DNA of 64,000 nt from Planctomycetia bacterium (lineage in GTDB: Bacteria > Planctomycetota > Planctomycetia > Pirellulales > UBA1268), in the NCBI GenBank assembly GCA_021414115.1, contig JAIOPD010000106.1, positions 24,147-88,146 of the forward strand, read 5' to 3'. The position numbers and the translations under genes are program-made. The notes beneath the pieces were generated by a model, which was not told the origin of the DNA, did no database searches, and saw only the letters and a list, made by a program, of their open reading frames with translations. Shown piece by piece: positions 56,732 to 64,000 of this stretch. Every line of letters begins with the position of its first letter. Position 1 is the first letter of the stretch.

Positions 56732-56988
56732 GGTGGGGGCGCCGGCTTCGTGCCGGCGGTCTCGGTGTCGAAAATGATCCAAAATGCCGCCGCTGCGCCC
56801 GAGGGGATGACACCGCTGCTCGCAGCGATGCCTTCCCGGCACGTCGCCCCCCGACTCCGTGCCCGCACCGCGTGCACCGAGGCGCAGCGGCAGCACCCTT
56901 GCTATCGACGCCCCTGCCCGCAAACTTGGAACAATCGTCAGAGTCGGCCGCTCCCGCGGCAGGCTGGGCAAGCCTGGCAAAAAGGCGA

Positions 56989-58023
56989 TCAGGGAATGGG
57001 CCATCCGGGCGTGGTGAGGCTCCGCGTGGCGTCGTCCTCCCGCCAAGTGAACCGGGCCGAACAGCCGGGAAATCGTGCGATCGCGGCAGGTCCGGCCTCA
57101 GGCCCCAGCACGTTGGCGGCCGTCGCCAAGGCGTCGGCCGTGGTGCAGTCCGGGGCGATCACGGTGACAGCGGCGGGGCCGGCCACGCCCATTCCCGTCC
57201 GGGGATCGACAACGTGGCTGTAGCGGCGGCCGTCGATCTCCACGGCCTGGTTGGCATCCCCCGAGGTCGTCACCGCGGCGTGTTTCAGGAGGAGCGTGCC
57301 GCCCGTGGCCGCACCCGCGCCCGGCAGCGGGGCGACGGCGATCCGCCAGCCCGCCGTTCCGGGCGGAGCCGCCGAGACGGCGACATCGCCCGAGGCGTCG
57401 ACCATCGCCGACGCGATGCCCTGCCCGGCGAGCACGGCGAGCACGCGGTCGGCCGCGTAGCCCATGCCGATGCCTCCCGGATCGAGCCGCATGGCAGGGC
57501 GGGAGAGCGACACGGACCGCGAGGCGGCGTCGAGGACGATCGCGTCAGTGCCGACCGCCGCCCGGGCCGCAGCGAGTTTGTCGGGCCGCGGCAGATGTCC
57601 GGATCGCCGCGACTGCCGCCAGAGTGTGGTGAGCGGGCCGACCGTGACGTCGAAGGCGCCGTCTGTGTCGTCTGCGATCGTCGCCGCACGGACGAGCACG
57701 GCCCACAGGTCATCGCTGACGGCGACCGGCGTCGTCGACGGGCTGGTGGCCGACAGCCGGCTCAGTTCACTCGTCGGGTCGTAATCGGAAAGGATTCGCT
57801 CCAGCCGAACGACTTCCGAGAAGGCCGCGGCAATCGCCGCCAGTCCGGTGGCCCGGTCCGTCACGCAGACCGTGATCGTCCAGGAGACGCCCATGCAGCG
57901 GCGGGTTTCCGCGACGCGCAGCGGCGGTGTTTCCTGGGTCCGGAATCCGCAGCCGCCGGCCAAGCAGGCCATCATGGCGGTGAGTGCCAAGAGCCGATGA
58001 CGGCGATACACTGAAGCGACCAT
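56989..58023 (-). CDS. apbE: ApbE-family FAD:protein FMN transferase (lipoprotein)
   Basis: Trimmed to ATG at 58023 (MVASVYRRHRLLALTAMMACLAGGC). MGVSWTITV, DGAFDVTVGPL, DPGGIGMGYAAD, TSGD...RYSHVVDPRTG. Confidence 0.85.
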   Translation of the reverse strand: MVASVYRRHRLLALTAMMACLAGGCGFRTQETPPLRVAETRRCMGVSWTITVCVTDRATGLAAIAAAFSEVVRLERILSDYDPTSELSRLSATSPSTTPVAVSDDLWAVLVRAATIADDTDGAFDVTVGPLTTLWRQSRRSGHLPRPDKLAAARAAVGTDAIVLDAASRSVSLSRPAMRLDPGGIGMGYAADRVLAVLAGQGIASAMVDASGDVAVSAAPPGTAGWRIAVAPLPGAGAATGGTLLLKHAAVTTSGDANQAVEIDGRRYSHVVDPRTGMGVAGPAAVTVIAPDCTTADALATAANVLGPEAGPAAIARFPGCSARFTWREDDATRSLTTPGWPIP

Positions 58024-58513
58024 GAGCGACGAATCGTCCCGTCCTGCCGTTGCGATCACCTTCGAGTGTACGCCCCTGCGGAGCGTGCCTCGGCTCGACA
58101 TCCCGCTCGATGCGTCTCCCGTCTACCGGGTTCGGCTCGGGAGGATGCAGCAGGCGGTGGCCCGGCACGGTACCCGAAACACGTACTATCTGACGGACGG
58201 CAGTTGCACTTTTTGTTTTACCAACGATCCGCAGGTGGGGTGGGCGCGGTTCCGGTTCGAGGGCACCCTGCTCACCGACGACACCGACTCCAGAACGATC
58301 GGCGCCGATCTCGAGATCGCCCTCGATCAGGAGACGTGCGACTGGCTGACCCAGCCTGCGGTCGAGTGGCTCAGACTCTCGGCCAAGCGGGCCGTCGAAG
58401 TCGAGTTCGACCGCTACATCGCCGCGGGTGACCTCTCGCGGGCGCTGGAGCGCCTGGCACGCGAGCAGGCCGCCAGCGACGCCGCCGGCGGTTACCTCGG
58501 CATGAATCTCTAG
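58022..58513 (+). CDS. hypothetical protein (163 aa)
   Basis: Balanced, non-repetitive composition (…YYLTDGSCTFCFTNDPQVGWARFRFEGTLL…AVEVEFDRYIAAGD…). Its ATG (58022-58024) overlaps the apbE start codon on the other strand. Its TAG stop is the first triplet of repeat copy 3. Confidence 0.45.
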   Translation: MSDESSRPAVAITFECTPLRSVPRLDIPLDASPVYRVRLGRMQQAVARHGTRNTYYLTDGSCTFCFTNDPQVGWARFRFEGTLLTDDTDSRTIGADLEIALDQETCDWLTQPAVEWLRLSAKRAVEVEFDRYIAAGDLSRALERLAREQAASDAAGGYLGMNL

Positions 58514-58826
58514 AGCGCATCCGACGTTGGTGGATCGCTTGACGGGGGCCCGAGTGGTGGGTCGGGGCTGCCCGTGCCCCGTGAGCCGGACGTTCGCTTC
58601 GCCAATCTGGCTGTCACGCCGTCGCCGCCGTCGGCTCGGGGCTGCCCGTGCCCCGTGAGCCGGACGTTCGCTTCGCCCATCCTGGGCTTCGCTCACTCGA
58701 TGCTGCCTGCGCTTCGGCATCCTGCCTGCGCTGGCCAGCAACGCCGGCTCTCGGGGCACGGGCAGCCCCTCGCGGGTTCTCGATTGTGTCGGTTGCTGGG
58801 GAAGCCCGGAGCGCGAGCGACGGGTA
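58511..58826. repeat. Copy 3 of the structured intergenic repeat, with the left arm duplicated (58564-58589 and 58638-58663) and a single right arm (58744-58769)
   Basis: The head TAGAGCGCATCCGACGTTGGTGGA matches copy 1 apart from one T/G difference. The 42-bp stretches 58562-58603 and 58636-58677 are identical. The tail GTTGCTGGGGAAGCCCGGAGCGCGAGCGACGGGTA matches copy 2. Confidence 0.85.
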
Positions 58827-58948
58827 GACGCGCCGCGACCGCGTTGATGGCGCCGAACCGTCCGACGTGGTGGACGTATTCCCCGCGCTGGCGCTTGGGG
58901 CTTCCTGACAGGGGAAGCGAAGGGGGGCGGTGAACGCTCGACGAGCGG

Positions 58949-59620
58949 CTACGAGCTGGAACGCTTGGCGATTTCGAGCAAGACGCTCTCGTTGTCGCTG
59001 CCGGGGATCGGCCACGAGGCGATGCGGCGGATGGTGACCTTCCTCACGAGGCCGCGAAACAATGCCTCCGTCTTCTCCTCATCCCAGCGCGGTCCCTTCA
59101 CGACGAGCATCCGCCCGAAGGTGTCGCAGATCGGCTCGAACCAGCCGAGCAGTTTGGCCAGTGGGGCCACGGCGCGAACCACGAGCGTGTCGAAGCGCTG
59201 GGGACCCGACGGCCGGCCGGCCACGAGCGCCTGGGCCGAGCCCTCGTGCACCGGGAGGTCGAGGCCCGTCTCCCGAACAATCTCCCGCACCGCACGGGCC
59301 TTCTTGGCAACGCTGTCGACGAGTTCGACCCGGAGATCGGGCCGCAGCAGGGCCAGGATCACGCCGGGCGTGCCACCGCCGGTACCGACGTCGAGGAGAC
59401 GTTCGCTCCGAGCCAGATGCGGTGCGATGGCCACCGCGTCGGCGACGTCGCGAGACACGAATCGTTCGGCGTCGGTGTGACGCGTGAGGTTGAGCTTCTC
59501 ATTCCACGCCCAGAGGCTGGCCGCATACGCGGCCAGCCCGGGCATGGCTTCCGGAGGCACTGCGAGCCCGAGCCGATCACGCTCCGCCGCGATCGATGCT
59601 TCGAGATCGGAGTGATTCAC
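58949..59620 (-). CDS. rsmG: 16S rRNA (guanine527-N7)-methyltransferase
   Basis: WNEKLNLTR...[17 protein letters not shown]...[12 protein letters not shown]...RAVAPL. Start overlaps the glnN stop by 4 nt. Confidence 0.9.
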   Translation of the reverse strand: MNHSDLEASIAAERDRLGLAVPPEAMPGLAAYAASLWAWNEKLNLTRHTDAERFVSRDVADAVAIAPHLARSERLLDVGTGGGTPGVILALLRPDLRVELVDSVAKKARAVREIVRETGLDLPVHEGSAQALVAGRPSGPQRFDTLVVRAVAPLAKLLGWFEPICDTFGRMLVVKGPRWDEEKTEALFRGLVRKVTIRRIASWPIPGSDNESVLLEIAKRSSS

Positions 59621-61788
59621 TTGATGAACAGCATTTCACGGTAGGTCGGCAGCGGCCAGAGGTCGTCGGGGAGGATCGACTCGATCTGGTCGGCCGTTTC
59701 CCTGAGCGCCAGCATCGCCGGGATCACGTCGTCGTGGAAGTGCTTCACCTCGGCATGGATATCGTGGCCGCCGTGGGCCAATACCTTCTCGAGGGCCTCG
59801 ATCCGGCCCTCAAACTCGCCCACGAGTTTGGTCAACTTCTCGAGGGTGCCCATGTGCACCGTCTGCCCGAGGCTCTTGAGCTTCGCGGCCGTATCGACCA
59901 GTTCCCCTTGATAGCGGTAGCCGGCCGGCAGGATCATCGTCTTGGCGATCTGCACGGCAGAGTTGGCCTCGGCGTTGATGTCCTTGCAATACCGCTCCAT
60001 GTAGATCTCGTAGCGACTGCGGAGCTCCCGCTCCGAGAGCACGCCATACTTCTCGAACAGGGCGATGTTCTTCGGCGAGACGAGCACGTCGAGCGCCTCG
60101 GGGGTGGCCTTGAGGTTGGGCAGCCCGCGCCGCTTGGCCTCCTCCTGCCACTCGGCCGCATAGCCGTTGCCGTTGAAGATCACCGCCTTGTGCTCCGAGA
60201 TGATCTGCTGCAGGAGCTTCTCGATAGCGGCGTTGAGCTTCGAGGCGTCGCCGCCCGTGGTCTTTTCGAGCTCGGTTGCGATGTAATCGAGGCTTTCGGC
60301 CACGATCGTGTTCAGGGCGACGAGCGGTCCGGCAATCGACTGGCTGGCACCCACCGCGCGGAACTCGAACTTGTTGCCCGTGAAGGCGAACGGGCTCGTG
60401 CGGTTGCGGTCGCCAGCGTGCTTCGGCAGCGGAGGCAGGGTGTCGACGCCCACGGTGAGCGTTCCGCTCGACTTGCTGCTCGTGGCCTTGCCCTTCTCGA
60501 TCTGTTCGAAGACGTCGGCGAGCTGGTCGCCGAGGAAGATCGAGATGATCGCCGGCGGGGCCTCGTTGGCCCCCAGCCGATGGTCATTTCCGCTGGCCGC
60601 CACGACCGATCGCAGCAGGTCGCCGTGCCGATGAACGGCGCGGATCACCGCCGCGCAGAACACGAGGAACTGCGCGTTGGCATGGGGCGTCTCGCCCGGC
60701 TCGAGCAGGTTACCGAGCTTGCAGCCGATCGACCAGTTGACGTGCTTGCCCGACCCATTGATTCCTGCGAACGGCTTCTCGTGCAGGAGGCAGGACATGC
60801 CATATTTCTGCGCGACCCGGGTCAGCGTCTGCATGATCATCTGCTGGTGATCCGTCGCGATGTTGGCATTCTCGTACAGGGGTGCGATCTCGTACTGGCT
60901 CGGGGCCACCTCGTTGTGCCGCGTCTTCACCGGCACGCCGAGCTTGAAGAGTTCCCGCTCGCCCTCGAGCATGCAGGCCAGCACCCGTTCCGGGATCGCT
61001 CCGAAATACTGGTCTTCGAACTCCTGTCCCTTCGGCGGCTTGGCACCGAAGAGCGTGCGACCGGTGACGACCAGGTCGGGCCGCGCGAAGAAGAAGTTGC
61101 GGTCGATGAGGAAGTATTCCTGCTCCGGGCCTGCCGATGCGGTCACCTGGCCCACGTCCTTGTGTCCCATGATCGCCAGCACGCGGCGGGCCTGCTTGTC
61201 GACCGCCTGCATCGATCGCAAGAGCGGCGTCTTTTTGTCGAGCGCCTCGCCCGTCCACGAACAGAATGCCGTCGGGATGCAGAGCGTGGTGCCGTTGGGG
61301 TTGTCGAGGATGTAGGCGGGGCTCGTCGGATCCCAGGCGGTGTAGCCGCGGGCTTCGAACGTGGCGCGGAGCCCGCCTGACGGGAAGCTCGACGCGTCAG
61401 GCTCACCCTGGATCAGCTCCTTGCCGGAGAACTCGGCGATCGCGTCACCGTCGCCGGTGGGAGTCAGGAAGCTGTCGTGCTTCTCGGCCGTGATGCCGGT
61501 GAGCGGATAGAAGACATGCGCGTAGTGAGTGGCCCCCTTCTCGATCGCCCAGTCCTTCATCGCGAGCGCCACGGCGTCGGCGATGGTGTGATCGATCGGC
61601 TTGCCCTGCTTGATCGTGGCCTGAAGCGCCTTGTAGACGCTCTTCGGCAGCCGGTCCTTCATGACCGAGTCGCTGAACACGTTGGAGCCGAAGATCTCGC
61701 TGGTCGGTGTCTCGCGGAAGTTCCAGGCTTGACCGGTCGGCCTGTAGTTGTTGATGGCGGCGATGGCATTCGAGCGGGCGGTGGTCAT
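59617..61788 (-). CDS. glnN: glutamine synthetase type III
   Basis: 723 aa. [72 protein letters not shown]. Confidence 0.95.
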   Translation of the reverse strand: MTTARSNAIAAINNYRPTGQAWNFRETPTSEIFGSNVFSDSVMKDRLPKSVYKALQATIKQGKPIDHTIADAVALAMKDWAIEKGATHYAHVFYPLTGITAEKHDSFLTPTGDGDAIAEFSGKELIQGEPDASSFPSGGLRATFEARGYTAWDPTSPAYILDNPNGTTLCIPTAFCSWTGEALDKKTPLLRSMQAVDKQARRVLAIMGHKDVGQVTASAGPEQEYFLIDRNFFFARPDLVVTGRTLFGAKPPKGQEFEDQYFGAIPERVLACMLEGERELFKLGVPVKTRHNEVAPSQYEIAPLYENANIATDHQQMIMQTLTRVAQKYGMSCLLHEKPFAGINGSGKHVNWSIGCKLGNLLEPGETPHANAQFLVFCAAVIRAVHRHGDLLRSVVAASGNDHRLGANEAPPAIISIFLGDQLADVFEQIEKGKATSSKSSGTLTVGVDTLPPLPKHAGDRNRTSPFAFTGNKFEFRAVGASQSIAGPLVALNTIVAESLDYIATELEKTTGGDASKLNAAIEKLLQQIISEHKAVIFNGNGYAAEWQEEAKRRGLPNLKATPEALDVLVSPKNIALFEKYGVLSERELRSRYEIYMERYCKDINAEANSAVQIAKTMILPAGYRYQGELVDTAAKLKSLGQTVHMGTLEKLTKLVGEFEGRIEALEKVLAHGGHDIHAEVKHFHDDVIPAMLALRETADQIESILPDDLWPLPTYREMLFIK

Positions 61789-61825
61789 GGGGAGAGTCCT
61801 TCTGGGGTTGGCAGGCGGGAACTTC

Positions 61826-61855
61826 CTGAGGGAAATCTGGCTGAGGGAAATCTGG
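61826..61855 (-). promoter_or_regulatory. perfect tandem 15-bp direct repeat (coding-strand CCAGATTTCCCTCAG x2) 38-67 nt upstream of the glnN ATG
   Basis: Plus strand ctgagggaaatctgg at 61826-61840 is repeated exactly at 61841-61855, inside the 247-nt glnN upstream region. The regulatory role is inferred from position only. Confidence 0.3.
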
Positions 61856-62035
61856 CGACACGGGAAACGACGATCCGGACCACGCGCGTCCGCTCACACG
61901 CGAGGCCTGCGAATCACGTCCGACCCATCGCAGCCAGAAGAAGAAGTTCAGCGACGGGCCTTCCAACGAATCCCCTGCAGACTAGCCGTGGGGAACGGGC
62001 AGTTCAAGTAGTGGCCAAGTCGGCTGGAGAGCGGG

Positions 62036-63838
62036 TCAGCGGGCGGCCGTCGACCGGCCCGAGGGACGGGCGGCGGGGCGGAGCGTCATCCGCCGCGCCA
62101 CGTCGGTGGCGGCAGCCAAGGCCGTGTCGGTCGACCCGGCGACGATCATTCCGTCCACGGGGCGGGCCACGGTGCGGACCGGCACGTCGGGCTCCACCCC
62201 GACGCTGCTGTAGGGCAGGCCGTGGGGCGAGAAGAACTTCGCGGTCGTCAGCCGCATCCCGACCCCCGCCGCCTCCAGCGGGAAGATGCCCTGGATCGAA
62301 CCCTTGCCGTAACTTCGTGTTCCCACGATGGTGCCGCGGCGGTGATCGCGGATCGCGCCGGCGAAGATCTCGCTGGAGCTGGCCGAGTCGCCGTCGATCA
62401 CGAGCACCAGCGGCATCCGCCACGTCCCGGGGCGGCCGGCCGAATAGTTGAAGTCTTCATCGGGGCTGCGGCCGCGGGTCGCCACCACCAGCCCCCGCTC
62501 GAGGAACAGGTCGGCCACGTCGACCGCCGCCGAGAGCAGGCCGCCCGGGTTGCCACGCAGATCGATCACCAGCGACCGCATGCCAGCCGCGTCGAGCCTG
62601 CGGAGGGCCGCCTCGAGGTCGGCGGCGGTCGTCTTCTGAAACGACGTCAGCTTCAGGAAGGCGATGCCCGCGGACGCATCGAGCATCCTCACCTGCTCGA
62701 TACTCGGCACCTCGACATGCTCCCGCCGCACCGTCACCGCGCGGGCTGGTGCCGGGGCCCTCAGGATCGCGAGCGTGACCAGCGAGCCCTCGGGCCCCTG
62801 AAGCAAGTGGGCCGCTTCGTCCACGCTCATGCCGCCGATCGAACGGCCACCGACGCCTACGAGATGGTCGCCGGCGCGAATGCCAGCCCGCTCGGCCGGG
62901 CTGTTCGGGATGACATGCACCACGAGCAGGCCATCGGTGGCGCTCTTGAGTTCCACACCGAGACCCACGAAGTTGCCCTCGATCTGAGCGTAAAGATCGT
63001 CGAGTTGGCCGTTCGTGAGAAACGCGGAGTATTCGTCGAGCCCGCCCACGGCGGCCGCGGCCATCTCCATCAGCGTCACCGCCGAGGGAACCCCCAGGAT
63101 CGAATGACCAGCCCGGGCGACCCAGGCCGCCAGCGACTCGGCCTCGGCCTGTGACGACACCGGCTGCGTGGCGGCGATCCTCGCGACCTGCTCCCGGTAG
63201 AGCCTGCGCCGCTCGGGCGTGGCCTGGGCGGCATGGACGGCCGCGAACGACGGTTCGTCGAGGGCGACGTCCACGGCCTTGAGCCCGCGTCCCACGAGCC
63301 GGGCGTAGTCGGGGTTTTCGACGTGATGCGAGCCGATCCGCGACAGCACCTCAGCATAGACGCGGCGGGCGTCGCTCTCGGAAAGGCCGCCCAACTGGTT
63401 GCGGAAGGCGGGCTCGGCGTGCCGGCGGGCGACGTCGCAGTGGAGCTTGGCGAGGTCGTACTGCTGATGGAGCGCGGGAGCGAGGGTTCCCTTGCGGGCG
63501 GACGTTTCGCAGATGCTCACCACATCGGCCCAGCGGCCCTCGTGCACCAGCGCCGTGGTACGGGCCGCCAGATCCTCGTGGGGGACATGCGCCGTCGAGG
63601 TCTGCACGTCGGCCGGTGACGGGGCGATCGGCGGCCAGGTCGTCGCCGGCTCGGCAGCCGTCGCGATCCCGCAGGCCGCGAACACCAAGCCCACGATCCA
63701 CCCGCCGGTGCAAAGCCGGTGGGAAGCACGCGACGCCGGTGGGCAGACGACTGGCACGTGGGCATCCGTTCGCGAAGGACCGCGAGTGGTCGCGGCATCC
63801 AGCGGTCGCTCCATTGACCGCCGGCGATTATGGATCAC
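62036..63838 (-). CDS. S41 family C-terminal processing peptidase with PDZ domain and about 250-aa N-terminal helical domain
   Basis: PDZ GLLVVHVIPNSPAERAGIRAGDHLVGVGG. S41 core VIDLRGNPGGLL, DGDSASSSEIFAGA, SYGKGSIQ. The start is 63838 or the ATG at 63814. Confidence 0.85.
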   Translation of the reverse strand: MIHNRRRSMERPLDAATTRGPSRTDAHVPVVCPPASRASHRLCTGGWIVGLVFAACGIATAAEPATTWPPIAPSPADVQTSTAHVPHEDLAARTTALVHEGRWADVVSICETSARKGTLAPALHQQYDLAKLHCDVARRHAEPAFRNQLGGLSESDARRVYAEVLSRIGSHHVENPDYARLVGRGLKAVDVALDEPSFAAVHAAQATPERRRLYREQVARIAATQPVSSQAEAESLAAWVARAGHSILGVPSAVTLMEMAAAAVGGLDEYSAFLTNGQLDDLYAQIEGNFVGLGVELKSATDGLLVVHVIPNSPAERAGIRAGDHLVGVGGRSIGGMSVDEAAHLLQGPEGSLVTLAILRAPAPARAVTVRREHVEVPSIEQVRMLDASAGIAFLKLTSFQKTTAADLEAALRRLDAAGMRSLVIDLRGNPGGLLSAAVDVADLFLERGLVVATRGRSPDEDFNYSAGRPGTWRMPLVLVIDGDSASSSEIFAGAIRDHRRGTIVGTRSYGKGSIQGIFPLEAAGVGMRLTTAKFFSPHGLPYSSVGVEPDVPVRTVARPVDGMIVAGSTDTALAAATDVARRMTLRPAARPSGRSTAAR

Positions 63839-64000
63839 GAATGTGCGCCGGGCAAAAAAAAGGCGGCTGCCTTCGTAAAATATCGCCTCCGTTCCCGGTT
63901 CCCGGCGGTACGCCGTGCACGACCGTCACCACCGCGTCGGACGACACGTTGGTAGGATGGGCTGGAAGTCTCCGGCCCCATCACCAGCATCACGTTCCGC

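Noticed and set aside
58562-58677. CRISPR-like geometry (42-bp exact repeat, 32-nt spacer, 42-bp repeat)
   Set aside because: Only two repeat units are present and there are no cas genes. The unit is the left arm of a larger element that occurs unduplicated at two other loci. It is interpreted as a local duplication, not an array.
61985-62010. Sigma-54-like sequence TGGCCACTACTTGAAC upstream of glnN (minus strand)
   Set aside because: The -12 element reads GA where the critical GC is required, and the spacing is only approximate. It is not good enough to call.
61950-62035. Possible glutamine (glnA-type) riboswitch in the glnN upstream region (CGTTCCCC...GGGGATTCGTTGGAAGG)
   Set aside because: There is only a vague resemblance to the remembered CGUUC/GGAAG elements, and I cannot reconstruct the consensus pairing. 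A cmscan would be needed, so no claim is made.
63846-63875. A8 tract with flanking GC-rich sequence after the S41 peptidase start region
   Set aside because: No clean stem could be drawn on either strand. It lies upstream, not downstream, of the only adjacent gene.

Overview
Very GC-rich bacterial chromosomal window. The gene content looks like Planctomycetota: a DUF1559 pseudopilin-like protein, a secreted protein with a LENRRALAV-type N-terminus, tandem clpP, type III glutamine synthetase and a MoxR/DUF58/BatA-N operon. All family names are recalled from reading the translations; no searches were run. The supplied ORFs are maximal and often start at upstream GTG/TTG codons. Many were trimmed to the start that matches the conserved N-terminus, a signal peptide, or a 1-14 nt overlap with the upstream gene. 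I call about 56 CDS and one tRNA-Gly(GCC). I found no rRNA, CRISPR, transposase, integrase or phage genes. Housekeeping blocks are lutABC, sucCD, gap, tig-clpP-clpP, panB, ffh-rpsP-trmD-rplS-yraN, gmd, an ino1-like gene, apbE, rsmG and glnN. Between them are envelope clusters of unknown function, which are the main hunt results. (1) A minus-strand block at 7965-17028 holds a MacB-type ABC operon and a four-gene coupled operon. The ABC operon carries a CPFC-motif helical-repeat protein and two DUF3299-like proteins with a vicinal CC motif. The coupled operon encodes a DUF4239-like protein, an orphan UrtA/AmiC-type binding protein, an AIM24 protein and a CPFC paralog. (2) A tightly packed nine-gene MoxR-DUF58-BatA_N operon at 40422-53254 has three MIDAS-motif membrane proteins, an 1136-aa membrane protein, a secreted terpene-cyclase-fold protein and two secreted helical proteins. 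(3) A structured intergenic repeat of roughly 210-320 bp, with 26-bp inverted arms, occurs three times (390-628, 40019-40224, 58511-58826). (4) An untracked 29-codon ORF (24532-24621) encodes a peptide that is about half Lys/Arg. (5) A deoxyhexose/methylation/glycosyltransferase cluster has a DUF1559 pseudopilin-like gene embedded in it.
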